IMG/VR virus record: IMGVR_UViG_3300017650_000009
Direction: 5' to 3' (one strand)
DNA: 64,000 nucleotides
Source: a virus
Lineage: Duplodnaviria > Heunggongvirae > Uroviricota > Caudoviricetes
This document shows positions 28,510 to 38,081 of this stretch, one piece after another. A program made the position numbers and the translations under genes. Position 1 is the stretch's first letter. Each line of letters begins with the position of its first letter. The notes beneath the pieces are model-generated. The model saw only the letters and a list, made by a program, of their open reading frames with translations. It had not been told where the DNA came from and searched no databases.

Positions 28510-28956
28510 ATGTCTAAACAACCAACGCTACCAAGAATGCACACTTCTATGCGCGGTGTTCAGCTTAACATGGAAGAAATGCGCAGTCAGAATGAGCAGT
28601 CCGTTGCGGTTACCGGGCAGGGCTCATCATTACGTATGAATGCTCGTGGAGATTCTCTTGCAGCGGGCGGTAGGATCGATCGTCGTCGTGAAGTTATTGA
28701 CCAGGATTACGCTACCCAGCTTTCGGGTAAGGTTAAGAATGTCGATGTTCGCGCAGTTGCGGTTGATACTTTCGAGACGCCTGCACAGGCACTTGATCGT
28801 ATGAGAAAAGAAAAAGAAACTACAGCTAGAGCTGAAAAGCCAGTGGAACAGAAGGTAGAAGCCCCAAAGGATGAAAGTCCATTTGAGGAAACATCAGTCG
28901 ATCCTACTCCAGCTGTCCAAAAGCCAGCTCGTAAGCTTATCGAGAAAGACGATTAA
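28510..28956 (+). CDS. late hypothetical protein
   Basis: TAAATA 28477, AAGGAG RBS; MNARGD.L..GG motif. Confidence 0.7.
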   Translation: MSKQPTLPRMHTSMRGVQLNMEEMRSQNEQSVAVTGQGSSLRMNARGDSLAAGGRIDRRREVIDQDYATQLSGKVKNVDVRAVAVDTFETPAQALDRMRKEKETTARAEKPVEQKVEAPKDESPFEETSVDPTPAVQKPARKLIEKDD

Positions 28957-28971
28957 GAGGAAACACAAATA

Positions 28972-29319
28972 ATGCCGGCATCGGTTTATTTTAAAGTTAA
29001 TGAGGATATCTCTCCATTAGCGGATCATATTTTGGTTCACAATATGGAGAAGGGTGACAAGCTCACAAAAGGTGGACTACTAATTCCTGATGATAACGGC
29101 AAGGATCGTGGTATTCGTCCTCGCTGGGCACAAGTATATAAAGTCGGTTCTAAAATCGATTATGTTGAGCCGGGTCAGTGGGTACTTATCGAACATGGTC
29201 GTTGGACTTATGGCGTCGATATGGAACTACAAAAGGACGGAGTAGTTGAGAAGCATTACATTCAGCGCGCTGATACTGATGCGATTCTGCTTGTAGCGGA
29301 CGAACCAATTTACGGTTAA
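28972..29319 (+). CDS. groES: GroES-like co-chaperonin
   Basis: ISPLADHILV...TKGGLLIPD...V.KVG...V.PG..VL...AIL. Confidence 0.85.
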   Translation: MPASVYFKVNEDISPLADHILVHNMEKGDKLTKGGLLIPDDNGKDRGIRPRWAQVYKVGSKIDYVEPGQWVLIEHGRWTYGVDMELQKDGVVEKHYIQRADTDAILLVADEPIYG

Positions 29320-29324
29320 TACTT

Positions 29325-29390
29325 AATGGCTCGGGTATGAAATCCGGGCCATTTCCTTGGCTTGACACCAGTTGGTTAATCCAATATAGT
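29325..29390 (+). promoter_or_regulatory. hairpin followed by an early promoter
   Basis: AATGGCTCGG/CCGGGCCATT stem; TTGACA-17-TATAGT at 29362-29390. Confidence 0.65.
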
Positions 29391-29409
29391 TGGGGCAAAG
29401 GAGATCTGT

Positions 29410-29655
29410 ATGAAGGCACATTTGCTTTATGTATTTCCACACGAAGTGAGTGTGGCATTCGATGCTTCGTTGAATCGCGAAGGCAAAGCAGCTCGTGCCG
29501 CAGAGGCAATTTCATGGATTCATGAAATGGGTTGGAAGTTTGAAGAGCACTGGAAATTTGTTCGGTTTGGCCTCAACGAAGGTGACACTGGTAATGTTAT
29601 CGTGGGGTTTAAGCGATCAAAAGATGCCACCCAATTCAAATTGACGTGGGGCTAA
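29410..29655 (+). CDS. FKLxW family protein
   Basis: VGFKRSKDATQFKLTWG; AAGGAG RBS. Confidence 0.8.
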   Translation: MKAHLLYVFPHEVSVAFDASLNREGKAARAAEAISWIHEMGWKFEEHWKFVRFGLNEGDTGNVIVGFKRSKDATQFKLTWG

Positions 29656-29945
29656 ATGTGAACTTCAAATTTACGCCTCAGTTCAAAGCCACACATACAG
29701 TCACTTGGTTTGTGTCGGAAAAACAGCATGTTGTGAAATACCCAAGTATGGTCTTAGATACAACTGTAAAAGCATGGCTCTCCGATAATATCGGAGAGCA
29801 GCGTAAAACAATTTCGGAATTGATTCGCGATGGTACTGGTTGGCATGCAACTGTTGTATGGACAGACAAATTATCCACAACTAAAGTTCAATTCACATTT
29901 GTAAGTAAAAAAGATGCAACCTTATTCAAACTCACTTGGAACTAA
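29646..29945 (+). CDS. FKLxW family protein
   Basis: WLSDNIG...W...FVSKKDATLFKLTWN. Confidence 0.8.
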   Translation: MGLNVNFKFTPQFKATHTVTWFVSEKQHVVKYPSMVLDTTVKAWLSDNIGEQRKTISELIRDGTGWHATVVWTDKLSTTKVQFTFVSKKDATLFKLTWN

Positions 29946-29946
29946 A

Positions 29947-30300
29947 ATGTATATGGTTCCCGAAGAATATTTTGGCGCATTAATTCGTATGAATGCAAAG
30001 GAATTATCCGATCTTACTGATTCATATAGGGATCAATTTCCACATGTCATAACAGTCGAGGTGGCACGTAATCAGCTCGAAACGCTGGTGGCCGAGACTG
30101 AAACCACTTTGGGTAAGGAACACCCAATGGTTCATGACGAATATAGTGATGGGCATCGTTGGAGCATTTATCATCCGATGATGATTTGGATGGATCGCGA
30201 AGTAATTGACATGTATAACAATAACATTTTGAAGATAGCTGTTGGTTTTGTGGATCCAACTGATGCAGTAATGTTCAAGTTGAGGTGGCATGGTGTTTGA
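29947..30300 (+). CDS. FKLxW family protein
   Basis: VGFVDPTDAVMFKLRWHG. Confidence 0.8.
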   Translation: MYMVPEEYFGALIRMNAKELSDLTDSYRDQFPHVITVEVARNQLETLVAETETTLGKEHPMVHDEYSDGHRWSIYHPMMIWMDREVIDMYNNNILKIAVGFVDPTDAVMFKLRWHGV

Positions 30301-30700
30301 GGTTCTTTTTGATACAAAAGAAGCGGCCAATAAAATGTTGACGACTGGAGCGGTATTTCGAATCAAATATAATCTTTTTGATAAACGTTTCCAATTGTAT
30401 AAATCGTCTTCATGTTTTATCAAGCCAGAGGTTCGTGAATGGCTGCATGAGAATATTGGTCAGGAATCACAATGCGTAAGAGAGCTAGATCAGGCTTTCT
30501 ACGATCTCAATGATATTCCAGTACCCTATGACACATATAGGGAATATCGAATCAGCTCTTATGAGGAATGGAATAACATTAACCCTATCATCCCAAAGGA
30601 ACGGCTTCAATGGCGTGTTACGGGTGATTACCAGCGTAAGGCTACCATCATCTTCAAAAATCCTCAAGATGCTGTGATGTTCAAACTAGCCTGGTTTTAA
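30290..30700 (+). CDS. FKLxW family protein
   Basis: WLHENIG...W...IFKNPQDAVMFKLAWF. Confidence 0.8.
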   Translation: MVFEVLFDTKEAANKMLTTGAVFRIKYNLFDKRFQLYKSSSCFIKPEVREWLHENIGQESQCVRELDQAFYDLNDIPVPYDTYREYRISSYEEWNNINPIIPKERLQWRVTGDYQRKATIIFKNPQDAVMFKLAWF

Positions 30701-30769
30701 AATTGACATAACTCTTAGCATGAGTTTATATTCGGACATATAGAGTTTTTATATTTCAAAAGGTCCGAT

Positions 30770-31708
30770 TTGATGCATGATTTATGGGTTGAGAAATACC
30801 GCCCTGATACCTTTGATGGATACGTTTTCAAAGACGCAAGTATGTCAGAACAGTTTCTGGCATGGATTGCAAATGAAGATGGAAAGCGTATTCCTATTCC
30901 ACATTTGTTGTTTTCTGGATCACCTGGTACGGGTAAGACAACGATCGCCCGAATCTTAATCAATATGCTTGGTGTAGATTCTGGTGATCTATTGGATATT
31001 AACGCTTCTCGTGAGAATGGTGTTGATATCGTACGTAGCAAGATCATTAATTTCTGTTCCACTTGGGCAATTGGTTCTTATAAAATCGTCTTCCTCGATG
31101 AGGTGGATAAGTTTTCGTTTGATGCGCAGCAGATTCTCCGTGCTGAAATTGAGAAATATTCGGATAGCGTTCGGTTTATCCTGACTTGTAATTATCCGCA
31201 TAAGATTATTCCAGCTTTGCACTCTCGTATGCAGACGTTTCACATTGATAAGCTCGACCTCGAAAGCTTCATGAACCGAATGATTACGATCCTGGAAAAG
31301 GAAAACGTTGAATTCGATTTCAATGATATCGAAGCATTCGTAAATTATGCTTATCCGGATTTGCGCAAGTGTATTAACTTGTTGGATCAGAATACCCGCG
31401 GTGGTAAGCTTCATGCGCTTCAAGTAAGTGACGGTGAATCACTCGATTATATGAATAAGTTTGTCGAGCTATTCATGGCAAAGCAGTTTACTCAAGCACG
31501 TCAATACATTTGTAGTATCGCAAAACAGGACGATTTTGAGACGATCTATAAGTTTTTCTATAAGAACTTGCAGATGTTCTCCGCAACAGAAGAAGGTCAG
31601 AAACTTGCAATTCTAGCAATTGCAAATGGTCTTCGTAACCACACAATTTGCGCAGATTCTGAAATTAATCTAGCCGCAACAATCATAAGTCTTTCGGAGA
31701 TTCAGTAA
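30770..31708 (+). CDS. clamp loader AAA+ subunit (RFC-small / T4 gp44-like)
   Basis: WVEKYRP, GSPGTGKT, INAS.E.G, DEVD, ALHSR. Confidence 0.9.
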   Translation: MMHDLWVEKYRPDTFDGYVFKDASMSEQFLAWIANEDGKRIPIPHLLFSGSPGTGKTTIARILINMLGVDSGDLLDINASRENGVDIVRSKIINFCSTWAIGSYKIVFLDEVDKFSFDAQQILRAEIEKYSDSVRFILTCNYPHKIIPALHSRMQTFHIDKLDLESFMNRMITILEKENVEFDFNDIEAFVNYAYPDLRKCINLLDQNTRGGKLHALQVSDGESLDYMNKFVELFMAKQFTQARQYICSIAKQDDFETIYKFFYKNLQMFSATEEGQKLAILAIANGLRNHTICADSEINLAATIISLSEIQ

Positions 31709-32082
31709 TGTCCAATCGTTCCGTTTACATGATTATCACACATACGAGCAGACCTATTAAGGGTTTGAATACAAATCGTAAGGGTGTGCTTGATGATCCA
31801 GATAATTGGGAAACGTCTGAGAAGATGGTTATCACTGATAATCTCAGTCGTCAGCTTATGACAACTGGATCAATTATTTTGGATCTAATTGGTGGAAAGG
31901 TTGTAAAGAATCGATTTGAAGCCAAGGACACCACAGTGTTCCGAGAATACGTTAGCCGATATCAGCCGGATATTACGGCGGCGCTCAAAATCTGGGCTAC
32001 AAAGCATCCAGACAATTATAATACGCTCAAGAAAATGTGGGCAGATGAAGGTGGAGAAGATGAGCAAGCTAATCCTGACTGA
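31708..32082 (+). CDS. hypothetical protein
   Basis: TAATG-coupled to the clamp loader. Confidence 0.7.
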   Translation: MSNRSVYMIITHTSRPIKGLNTNRKGVLDDPDNWETSEKMVITDNLSRQLMTTGSIILDLIGGKVVKNRFEAKDTTVFREYVSRYQPDITAALKIWATKHPDNYNTLKKMWADEGGEDEQANPD

Positions 32083-32677
32083 TATCGATGAAGTTCTATT
32101 GGACTGGGGCGGCCATTTCGAAGCTTGGTATCGTAAGGTAGCACCAAACTTCGGAAGTAAGGCACCAACAACTCCAATGCGTGATGCCTACAATATTGAG
32201 GAATGGCTTAATTGCGATCTAGCTACTACTCGACATTTGATCATGCAGTTCAACTACTGTAAAGATCATTTCCCATACATCACTGCATACGACCATGCAG
32301 TCACATACGTTAATCGTATGAAACGTGAGGGCTGGGACTTCGTAGCCATTACCGCTTGTGCTGATGACGAATGGACTCATGATGCACGACGTGAAAATCT
32401 CGAACGTGACTTCCCCGGTGTATTCGACACAATCCATTGTGTGGGTCTTGGCGCATCGAAGACAAAATATTTGGAACGCTATAAGCCAACTTGGTGGGTC
32501 GACGATAAAGTCAAACATGCCGAAGAAGGTGGACGTTTGGGTCATAAGAGTTTCTTGATGACACAGCCATACAACGTGGATCATGAACCAACTCATTGTA
32601 AGCGTGTCAGCAATTGGCACGACATCTATAAGTGTGTTAATGATGATTCATGTTACGAGTATGGATGGATGGCATAA
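32060..32677 (+). CDS. HAD-family 5'-nucleotidase-like phosphatase
   Basis: ILTDIDEVLLDW, AITA, WVDDK; GGAG RBS. Confidence 0.8.
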   Translation: MSKLILTDIDEVLLDWGGHFEAWYRKVAPNFGSKAPTTPMRDAYNIEEWLNCDLATTRHLIMQFNYCKDHFPYITAYDHAVTYVNRMKREGWDFVAITACADDEWTHDARRENLERDFPGVFDTIHCVGLGASKTKYLERYKPTWWVDDKVKHAEEGGRLGHKSFLMTQPYNVDHEPTHCKRVSNWHDIYKCVNDDSCYEYGWMA

Positions 32678-32717
32678 TGTAGGTTGACTAATTTAGAACA
32701 ACTGTTATGTATGTGAC

Positions 32718-32860
32718 ATATGTCGCCAACTAACGTCCTTAACCGATCATGTCATAATCGGAGTAAACCAAGCAAAGAAGCATAGGTTAGTTGGACATTC
32801 ATTGTGTGTAAAATTCTTTGCAAATGACACAAAAAGGGAAGCGCTGGGCTTCCCTTTTTC
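32718..32860 (+). ncRNA. candidate small RNA with its own promoter and terminator
   Basis: TTGACT-16-TATGTA at 32684-32711; stem CCAACTAAC/GTTAGTTGG; terminator at 32831-32859. Confidence 0.5.
32831..32859. terminator. bidirectional intrinsic terminator
   Basis: AAAAAGGGAAGC-gctgg-GCTTCCCTTTTT. Confidence 0.8.
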
Positions 32861-32961
32861 AATATAATTATTTTCTAAAAAATAGTTAAAACACCACATA
32901 TTAGTTAACCTGACATATAAATACCAATGAGCAGTCGCAACCCATTCCAGGAGGCTGGACA

Positions 32962-33780
32962 TTGGCTAAGAATAATAGAGCAAAACGCGCTGACAAGTAT
33001 AACCCACGTCAGGACCGCAATAGATCCCCGAACGACTTCGGTCGTGCTGCAAAATACGAACGCGGTGGTGGATCTCGTACAAACGATAACATCATTGAAT
33101 TCGCCACAATCAACAAATCCAAAAAGACTCGAGTAGACATTGTTCCGCGTAACGTACAGCAGGAAAACCTAGTGGTTGCCCTAGCTGACGACCGCAAGCA
33201 CATTGTATTCGCTACTGGTCCTGCGGGTTGTGGTAAGACACTTTTGTCTACACTAGCAGCAATTAAAGCACTCAAGTCAGGTGCAGTTGAAAAAATCGTT
33301 ATCACTCGTCCTAACGTCGCAGTTGACGATAAGGACATTGGTTTCCTACCAGGCGATATCTTGAAGAAGATGACACCTTGGATGATGCCAATTCTAGACG
33401 TATTTGCCGAATATTATAACGCCAACGAAATTCAATATATGCTTGAAGAAAACATCATTGAGATGGTTCCGATTGCATTCATTCGTGGCCGTACATTTAA
33501 GAATGCTTTCATCATCGTTGATGAAGCACAGGGAACAACAGCCAATTCAATGCTTTCGATTCTCACACGTATTGGTGAGAACTCTAAGATGGTTGTAACG
33601 GGTGACCTTGCCCAGTCCGACCGTGGCACAAACAACGGCCTTGCAGACTTTATCCGTCGTTTTGCCGGTGCAAGCAGTGATCATTTGGAACTCATCGAGT
33701 TTACAAAGAGTGACGTTGAGCGTCACCCAGTTGTTAAAGAACTTCTCACTAAGTTCTATAAGGACGAAGATCAGAAATAA
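32962..33780 (+). CDS. phoH: PhoH-family ATPase
   Basis: GPAGCGKT, ITRP, IGFLPG, RGRTF, DEAQ, TRIGE, GDLAQSD, RHP; TATAAATA at 32916. Confidence 0.92.
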   Translation: MAKNNRAKRADKYNPRQDRNRSPNDFGRAAKYERGGGSRTNDNIIEFATINKSKKTRVDIVPRNVQQENLVVALADDRKHIVFATGPAGCGKTLLSTLAAIKALKSGAVEKIVITRPNVAVDDKDIGFLPGDILKKMTPWMMPILDVFAEYYNANEIQYMLEENIIEMVPIAFIRGRTFKNAFIIVDEAQGTTANSMLSILTRIGENSKMVVTGDLAQSDRGTNNGLADFIRRFAGASSDHLELIEFTKSDVERHPVVKELLTKFYKDEDQK

Positions 33781-33793
33781 AACTTCCCCTCGA

Positions 33794-33819
33794 GAACGGA
33801 GCCTTAGTGCTCCGTTTTT
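33794..33819 (+). terminator. intrinsic terminator
   Basis: AACGGAGC/GCTCCGTT plus T run. Confidence 0.75.
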
Positions 33820-33874
33820 GTTTGACTGATTTCCATTACATGTTACACTGGGCAAAACAAACCAGTGAGTAACT

Positions 33875-34366
33875 ATGAAACCGTTTTATGCCCAACAACT
33901 TTTATATCGAAAGATTCAAAAGACACTTGATGATTCACATCTCACTCAAGAATTCTTCATTGATGAATATGGAGAGTATCATGAGATGCGTGATGCGATA
34001 GATTTAAGCAAAGATCTGAAGCGGCTCGTAACTCGTTCAATATGCCATTATTTGATGATCGAAGAAATTATCGAACATTATAAACGGCATTATGTGGTTC
34101 AACCAACACTCACAGACTTGGGTGAATGTTTCATGCATAATTATGACAACGGTATTCTATTGGACGACACTAATACTCCGAATGCTAAACAAACCGCTGA
34201 ATGTCTATTTGAACAGATTCGTTCTACTGATCGAATCAACAAGAATCTCATCGATTTTGCCAATAAATCAAAAGATCCGGAGCTCGACGGTATTCGGCGT
34301 GAACTGGTGCATTTGGCACTCATCCATGGGAAACAGCCAAACGGCGATATACTGTTGACAAAATAA
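33875..34366 (+). CDS. hypothetical protein
   Basis: 163-aa ORF after a TTGACT-16-TACACT promoter. Confidence 0.7.
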   Translation: MKPFYAQQLLYRKIQKTLDDSHLTQEFFIDEYGEYHEMRDAIDLSKDLKRLVTRSICHYLMIEEIIEHYKRHYVVQPTLTDLGECFMHNYDNGILLDDTNTPNAKQTAECLFEQIRSTDRINKNLIDFANKSKDPELDGIRRELVHLALIHGKQPNGDILLTK

Positions 34367-34403
34367 CTCTGTGTGTTAGAACACACAAAAGAAAGGATTT
34401 GTC

Positions 34404-35096
34404 ATGCTTGAGTTGGAAGTTGCTACGGACGTAATCAATAAGGCACAGGAAGTTAACCGTCTTCGTCAGAAGATTGGTACAAACCGATATTCCGTTGGTC
34501 GAGTTCCTGAACTCAACATGCCACGTTCTTCAAGTGAAGTTTTCCGTGAATGTGCAGAACGGCTTGGAATTCCCTCTTTGGAACTCGAATATATTGCCAC
34601 GGCGTTGTTCAGTGATGATGACGAGTCAACAGTTGAGGAACTCAAAAAGCTCATTATGATATCGAAGCTTCGATATTCTGAGCCATCACTCAAGTATGCT
34701 GAAGCTGTTTCACGAGCACAGGCAACGTATGAACAGCAACTAAAGGCACACCAAGACGCAGTTGCGCGTGATGCTGAGCTTAAGGCGAAACTCGATCAAC
34801 TATTGACCGAGCAGCCAGCCACTGATATTCGGACAGTATGGATCAATACAGTTCAGGAACTCGAAACAATGCTAGAGGGTGTCAATTATGAGATTGGTAA
34901 ACTCTCGCATGAAGAACGTACCTTTGTTCGTTATTTGAACGAACGTTCCAAGCACGTTCAGATTACACCGGTTGAAGGTCGGGGCGAAGTACTGGCAGCA
35001 TCCTGGTCAGATATTCGCAAGTTCCATCACGAGCACATCGCAGGTGTTTTGCGTGGCTGGATCAAAATCAAGGAAGAAATGAATGGGGTTCAATAA
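34404..35096 (+). CDS. helical coiled-coil protein (paralog of 36278)
   Basis: A..LG....E...I...L..D pattern; own TTGACA promoter at 34355. Confidence 0.7.
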   Translation: MLELEVATDVINKAQEVNRLRQKIGTNRYSVGRVPELNMPRSSSEVFRECAERLGIPSLELEYIATALFSDDDESTVEELKKLIMISKLRYSEPSLKYAEAVSRAQATYEQQLKAHQDAVARDAELKAKLDQLLTEQPATDIRTVWINTVQELETMLEGVNYEIGKLSHEERTFVRYLNERSKHVQITPVEGRGEVLAASWSDIRKFHHEHIAGVLRGWIKIKEEMNGVQ

Positions 35097-35730
35097 TCTA
35101 ACTCAACATCATTTCGTAACACCAAATGGGGTTGCACGATTTCTTGATTTTACGGTTAAGCGGAATGAAATCCGCTTATATCCGACACAAATTAATATCA
35201 GAGTGTTAGAACTCCTGCTGAATCTAGATGACCCCAAATATCTGCTCAAGGCACAAAAAACTTCAGTAGATCATGTATGGAGATATACCGAAGAGACACG
35301 CGATGCTCATGCGATGCATCCACTTGTTTTCACAAACATAATCGAATCAAAAGGCAAAAATCCACAATCATATCCAATATACGGTTTAACTGATTGGGGT
35401 CGATCCGCTTTGATGTCGTTAAAGGCCGGTTATGTATGGTCATCGCTTGAGGGACCATTGCCTGATATAACTCGTGAACTCTATCGTTCACTTGAGGAAA
35501 AAATGTCAGCAGGGGTTGATGAAGTTAAAATGCCATTGAAACTGATGGGGTCGTGGTGGTATGGGCTCGAAACTCATCGCGACGTTATCGCATATACTAC
35601 TACTGCTGAGCAGATTGAATTTCATCTAGCAGATGTTATAAGTCTTCAACAAAGCCAGTTTGCTATCGAATCTGGTATTCACGATAGTTGGGCGAAATCA
35701 CTCGTATTATGGCGCTTGGAGGCTGTTTGA
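35083..35730 (+). CDS. hypothetical protein, possible winged helix
   Basis: YGLTDWGRSAL wing-like motif. Confidence 0.6.
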   Translation: MGFNNLTQHHFVTPNGVARFLDFTVKRNEIRLYPTQINIRVLELLLNLDDPKYLLKAQKTSVDHVWRYTEETRDAHAMHPLVFTNIIESKGKNPQSYPIYGLTDWGRSALMSLKAGYVWSSLEGPLPDITRELYRSLEEKMSAGVDEVKMPLKLMGSWWYGLETHRDVIAYTTTAEQIEFHLADVISLQQSQFAIESGIHDSWAKSLVLWRLEAV

Positions 35731-36281
35731 TGTCTATTCTTATTCATAATAACAATGAGACTAAAAAGCTAAAAAGAACGCTAATCCAAATGCGTGATGG
35801 CGATCCAGTTGTGACAAGTGTTTTCAATTTCGGTTACATGATTAAGTTAACGGAAAACGATTACAACCGGGCGGATGAAATCCTTTCGTATTACGATTCG
35901 AATCATTTCATCAAAACAGGGCTGGCAAGGATTGAACGTCGTTTCTACACCGTCGGCGATAAAGATCGACCTTATGCACCCGAAAGCAATTCCTATTGCA
36001 GTGTTTTAGCTGTTACAATGGTGCTCACTGATAAGGGCAAAACACTTCTGGAGTATCTGGAAACGTATCCGGATAATACAGTGTTCTTTGATATGTCTAC
36101 GTTCATGTATAACGTAGATCGCACATATGAGTTGGTGAAGGAAGAACTCAAAGCCACTGTTCTCAATTTTGATCGTTATCAGGCGTTTGCTAATCTTGGC
36201 TCAGAATTTACTTCCCTCAATAGCTTGATTATGTTGGAAAAACTGTCTCGCACGCGGAACAGCAAGGGTGAATATGTATGA
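35730..36281 (+). CDS. hypothetical protein, possible winged helix
   Basis: GLARI...LTDKGKTLLE; GGAGG RBS, TGATG overlap. Confidence 0.6.
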   Translation: MSILIHNNNETKKLKRTLIQMRDGDPVVTSVFNFGYMIKLTENDYNRADEILSYYDSNHFIKTGLARIERRFYTVGDKDRPYAPESNSYCSVLAVTMVLTDKGKTLLEYLETYPDNTVFFDMSTFMYNVDRTYELVKEELKATVLNFDRYQAFANLGSEFTSLNSLIMLEKLSRTRNSKGEYV

Positions 36282-36967
36282 ACTCGAATATTGGATTCAA
36301 CACCATTGACATAACCAGTTCGATGATTCTCGAACTGGTTTCGATAAATCAAGAATTGAACGATAACGAGGCACAACTCGCTACTCAGCTACTTGCGGAT
36401 GCCAATCAGTATAAGTTCAATCCAGATGAATATATGCCTGCTATTCTTTGCGAAGGTGCAAAACATCTGGGTATGAAACCACATGAGATGCAATTTATTT
36501 TGGAAAATCTCATATGGGATAAAAATGATCCAGTAATGGAGAAAATGCTGACTACTTTGCTTACGTATGTGAAAATCAAACATGCGGATAAGATCGCTGA
36601 ATTTCGTGATCAAATGAAAGCCAATCATCTTGATTGGGATCGAGAAGCTAAATCAAAAATTCATATGGCACAAATTAAAACCAAAGAACGATACGATTTT
36701 ATGCGTGATAAAATCATGTCACGTTTCAACGCAAAACAGCAAGCCATGAATGATCGGTTTAGTATATTGGTCAATAGGGTCAAGCGGGTTCTGTTAACGC
36801 CGTTGGATCAACGTTTGGAAAATGACCAAGCTATCGTTGATCTTATGGATGCAAGAGGATTAATTTCGGATGATAAGACAATGGTCAGTCTTGAGAGACT
36901 GACCTTTATGAAACTTGATGAGCAGAGAGAACTCTTAAACGAATGCCTTCGTGTGTTTGGGTATTAA
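36278..36967 (+). CDS. helical protein (paralog of 34404)
   Basis: AKHLGMKPHEMQFILENL..D; ATGA overlap. Confidence 0.7.
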   Translation: MNSNIGFNTIDITSSMILELVSINQELNDNEAQLATQLLADANQYKFNPDEYMPAILCEGAKHLGMKPHEMQFILENLIWDKNDPVMEKMLTTLLTYVKIKHADKIAEFRDQMKANHLDWDREAKSKIHMAQIKTKERYDFMRDKIMSRFNAKQQAMNDRFSILVNRVKRVLLTPLDQRLENDQAIVDLMDARGLISDDKTMVSLERLTFMKLDEQRELLNECLRVFGY

Positions 36968-37440
36968 TCGTCAATACCCTTACGGTATACCGTTTTAGGA
37001 ATAACAATATTCTTTGGTTCCAATTTACCATTTGCTGTCGGGCAAACTGGATTGCCATCAGTTTGTTTTGCACATTTTGGATTGGATTTTACTAATACGG
37101 GGATTGTTAGTTTATCGTCACCCTGAATCACGATATCATCGTGTGGGTTATTTTCACGACTAAGCGCGTCTAGTTCACTTGCATAACCCATTGATGGATC
37201 AGCTTTCGCACGAGCTAGTAGATTGAAAATGTCCTTAAGTGTGAACTTTGCTTTATCACTACGCTGATTAAAGCGTTGTACGAAGTGGTTCATATCCGAC
37301 GTTGGAATTTCAACATCCAGAACAGGTTGTCTCTTTTTGAGTTTCTCTTCTGGTTGATAGACAAATTTGTCGAGCGTATCCGCGACAGTTTTAATGTCGG
37401 CGGGATTAGCCGTCGCTTCAAAGATTTCGTTCAAACGCAT
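36964..37440 (-). CDS. late hypothetical protein, possible internal head protein
   Basis: MRLNEIFE start; GGAG RBS; minus-strand TAAATA at 37470-37475. Confidence 0.65.
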   Translation of the reverse strand: MRLNEIFEATANPADIKTVADTLDKFVYQPEEKLKKRQPVLDVEIPTSDMNHFVQRFNQRSDKAKFTLKDIFNLLARAKADPSMGYASELDALSRENNPHDDIVIQGDDKLTIPVLVKSNPKCAKQTDGNPVCPTANGKLEPKNIVIPKTVYRKGIDD

Positions 37441-37469
37441 AGTAGTCTCCCTGATAACCTTGCATGTAA

Positions 37470-37505
37470 TATTTATGCCAGAACTATTTGCAAGGAATAT
37501 AAATA
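37470..37505. promoter_or_regulatory. back-to-back divergent late promoters
   Basis: TATTTA (minus) at 37470-37475 and TATAAATA (plus) at 37498-37505. Confidence 0.6.
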
Positions 37506-37526
37506 TGGACAGTAAGGAGAAACCCA

Positions 37527-38081
37527 ATGGATCCAAGACACGCAAAACGACTTCATAAGCATTCGAACCTCACTGATATTTTGATTCAGATCGAGGATTT
37601 CTTGGATGGTCTCGATCTTTACGTTTTCCAGAATTGGATTGAAGGTGAAGTGTTTGAAGGACCTGAGATTCGTCGCTATTGGGTAGATATTACCCTAATG
37701 TACGAATATAAGCAAATGCCAGATCCACAAGGTGCGGTTCGTTTAACCAAACACGGTGCGAAGGTTTATTTCGAGAAGAGCAAAAAGGAAGTCCCAGTCG
37801 ATATTAAATCACAAGATGATTACCGACCAGATCGCCCAGGGAAGCCAAAGATGCGCGAAGTTGAAATCTGGCTCGTGCATATTAGTATTCCACGAAAGTT
37901 TATCTCTGAACTAGATGATGATGATCTAGAGCTATTTGATGATGATGTAAACATCGATGACGTAAGCGATGCTCGCGATGAAAACATCGATCAAGGGGAC
38001 GCATACATGAATGGCGATTCTGATGAAGCAGCCGATGTGGAAACAGATGAAAATGAATTAGAGGACGAAGATGAAGCTTAA
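37527..38081 (+). CDS. late hypothetical protein with acidic tail
   Basis: LYVFQNW..GE..GP...YW...MPDP.G..RL; AAGGAG RBS. Confidence 0.75.
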   Translation: MDPRHAKRLHKHSNLTDILIQIEDFLDGLDLYVFQNWIEGEVFEGPEIRRYWVDITLMYEYKQMPDPQGAVRLTKHGAKVYFEKSKKEVPVDIKSQDDYRPDRPGKPKMREVEIWLVHISIPRKFISELDDDDLELFDDDVNIDDVSDARDENIDQGDAYMNGDSDEAADVETDENELEDEDEA

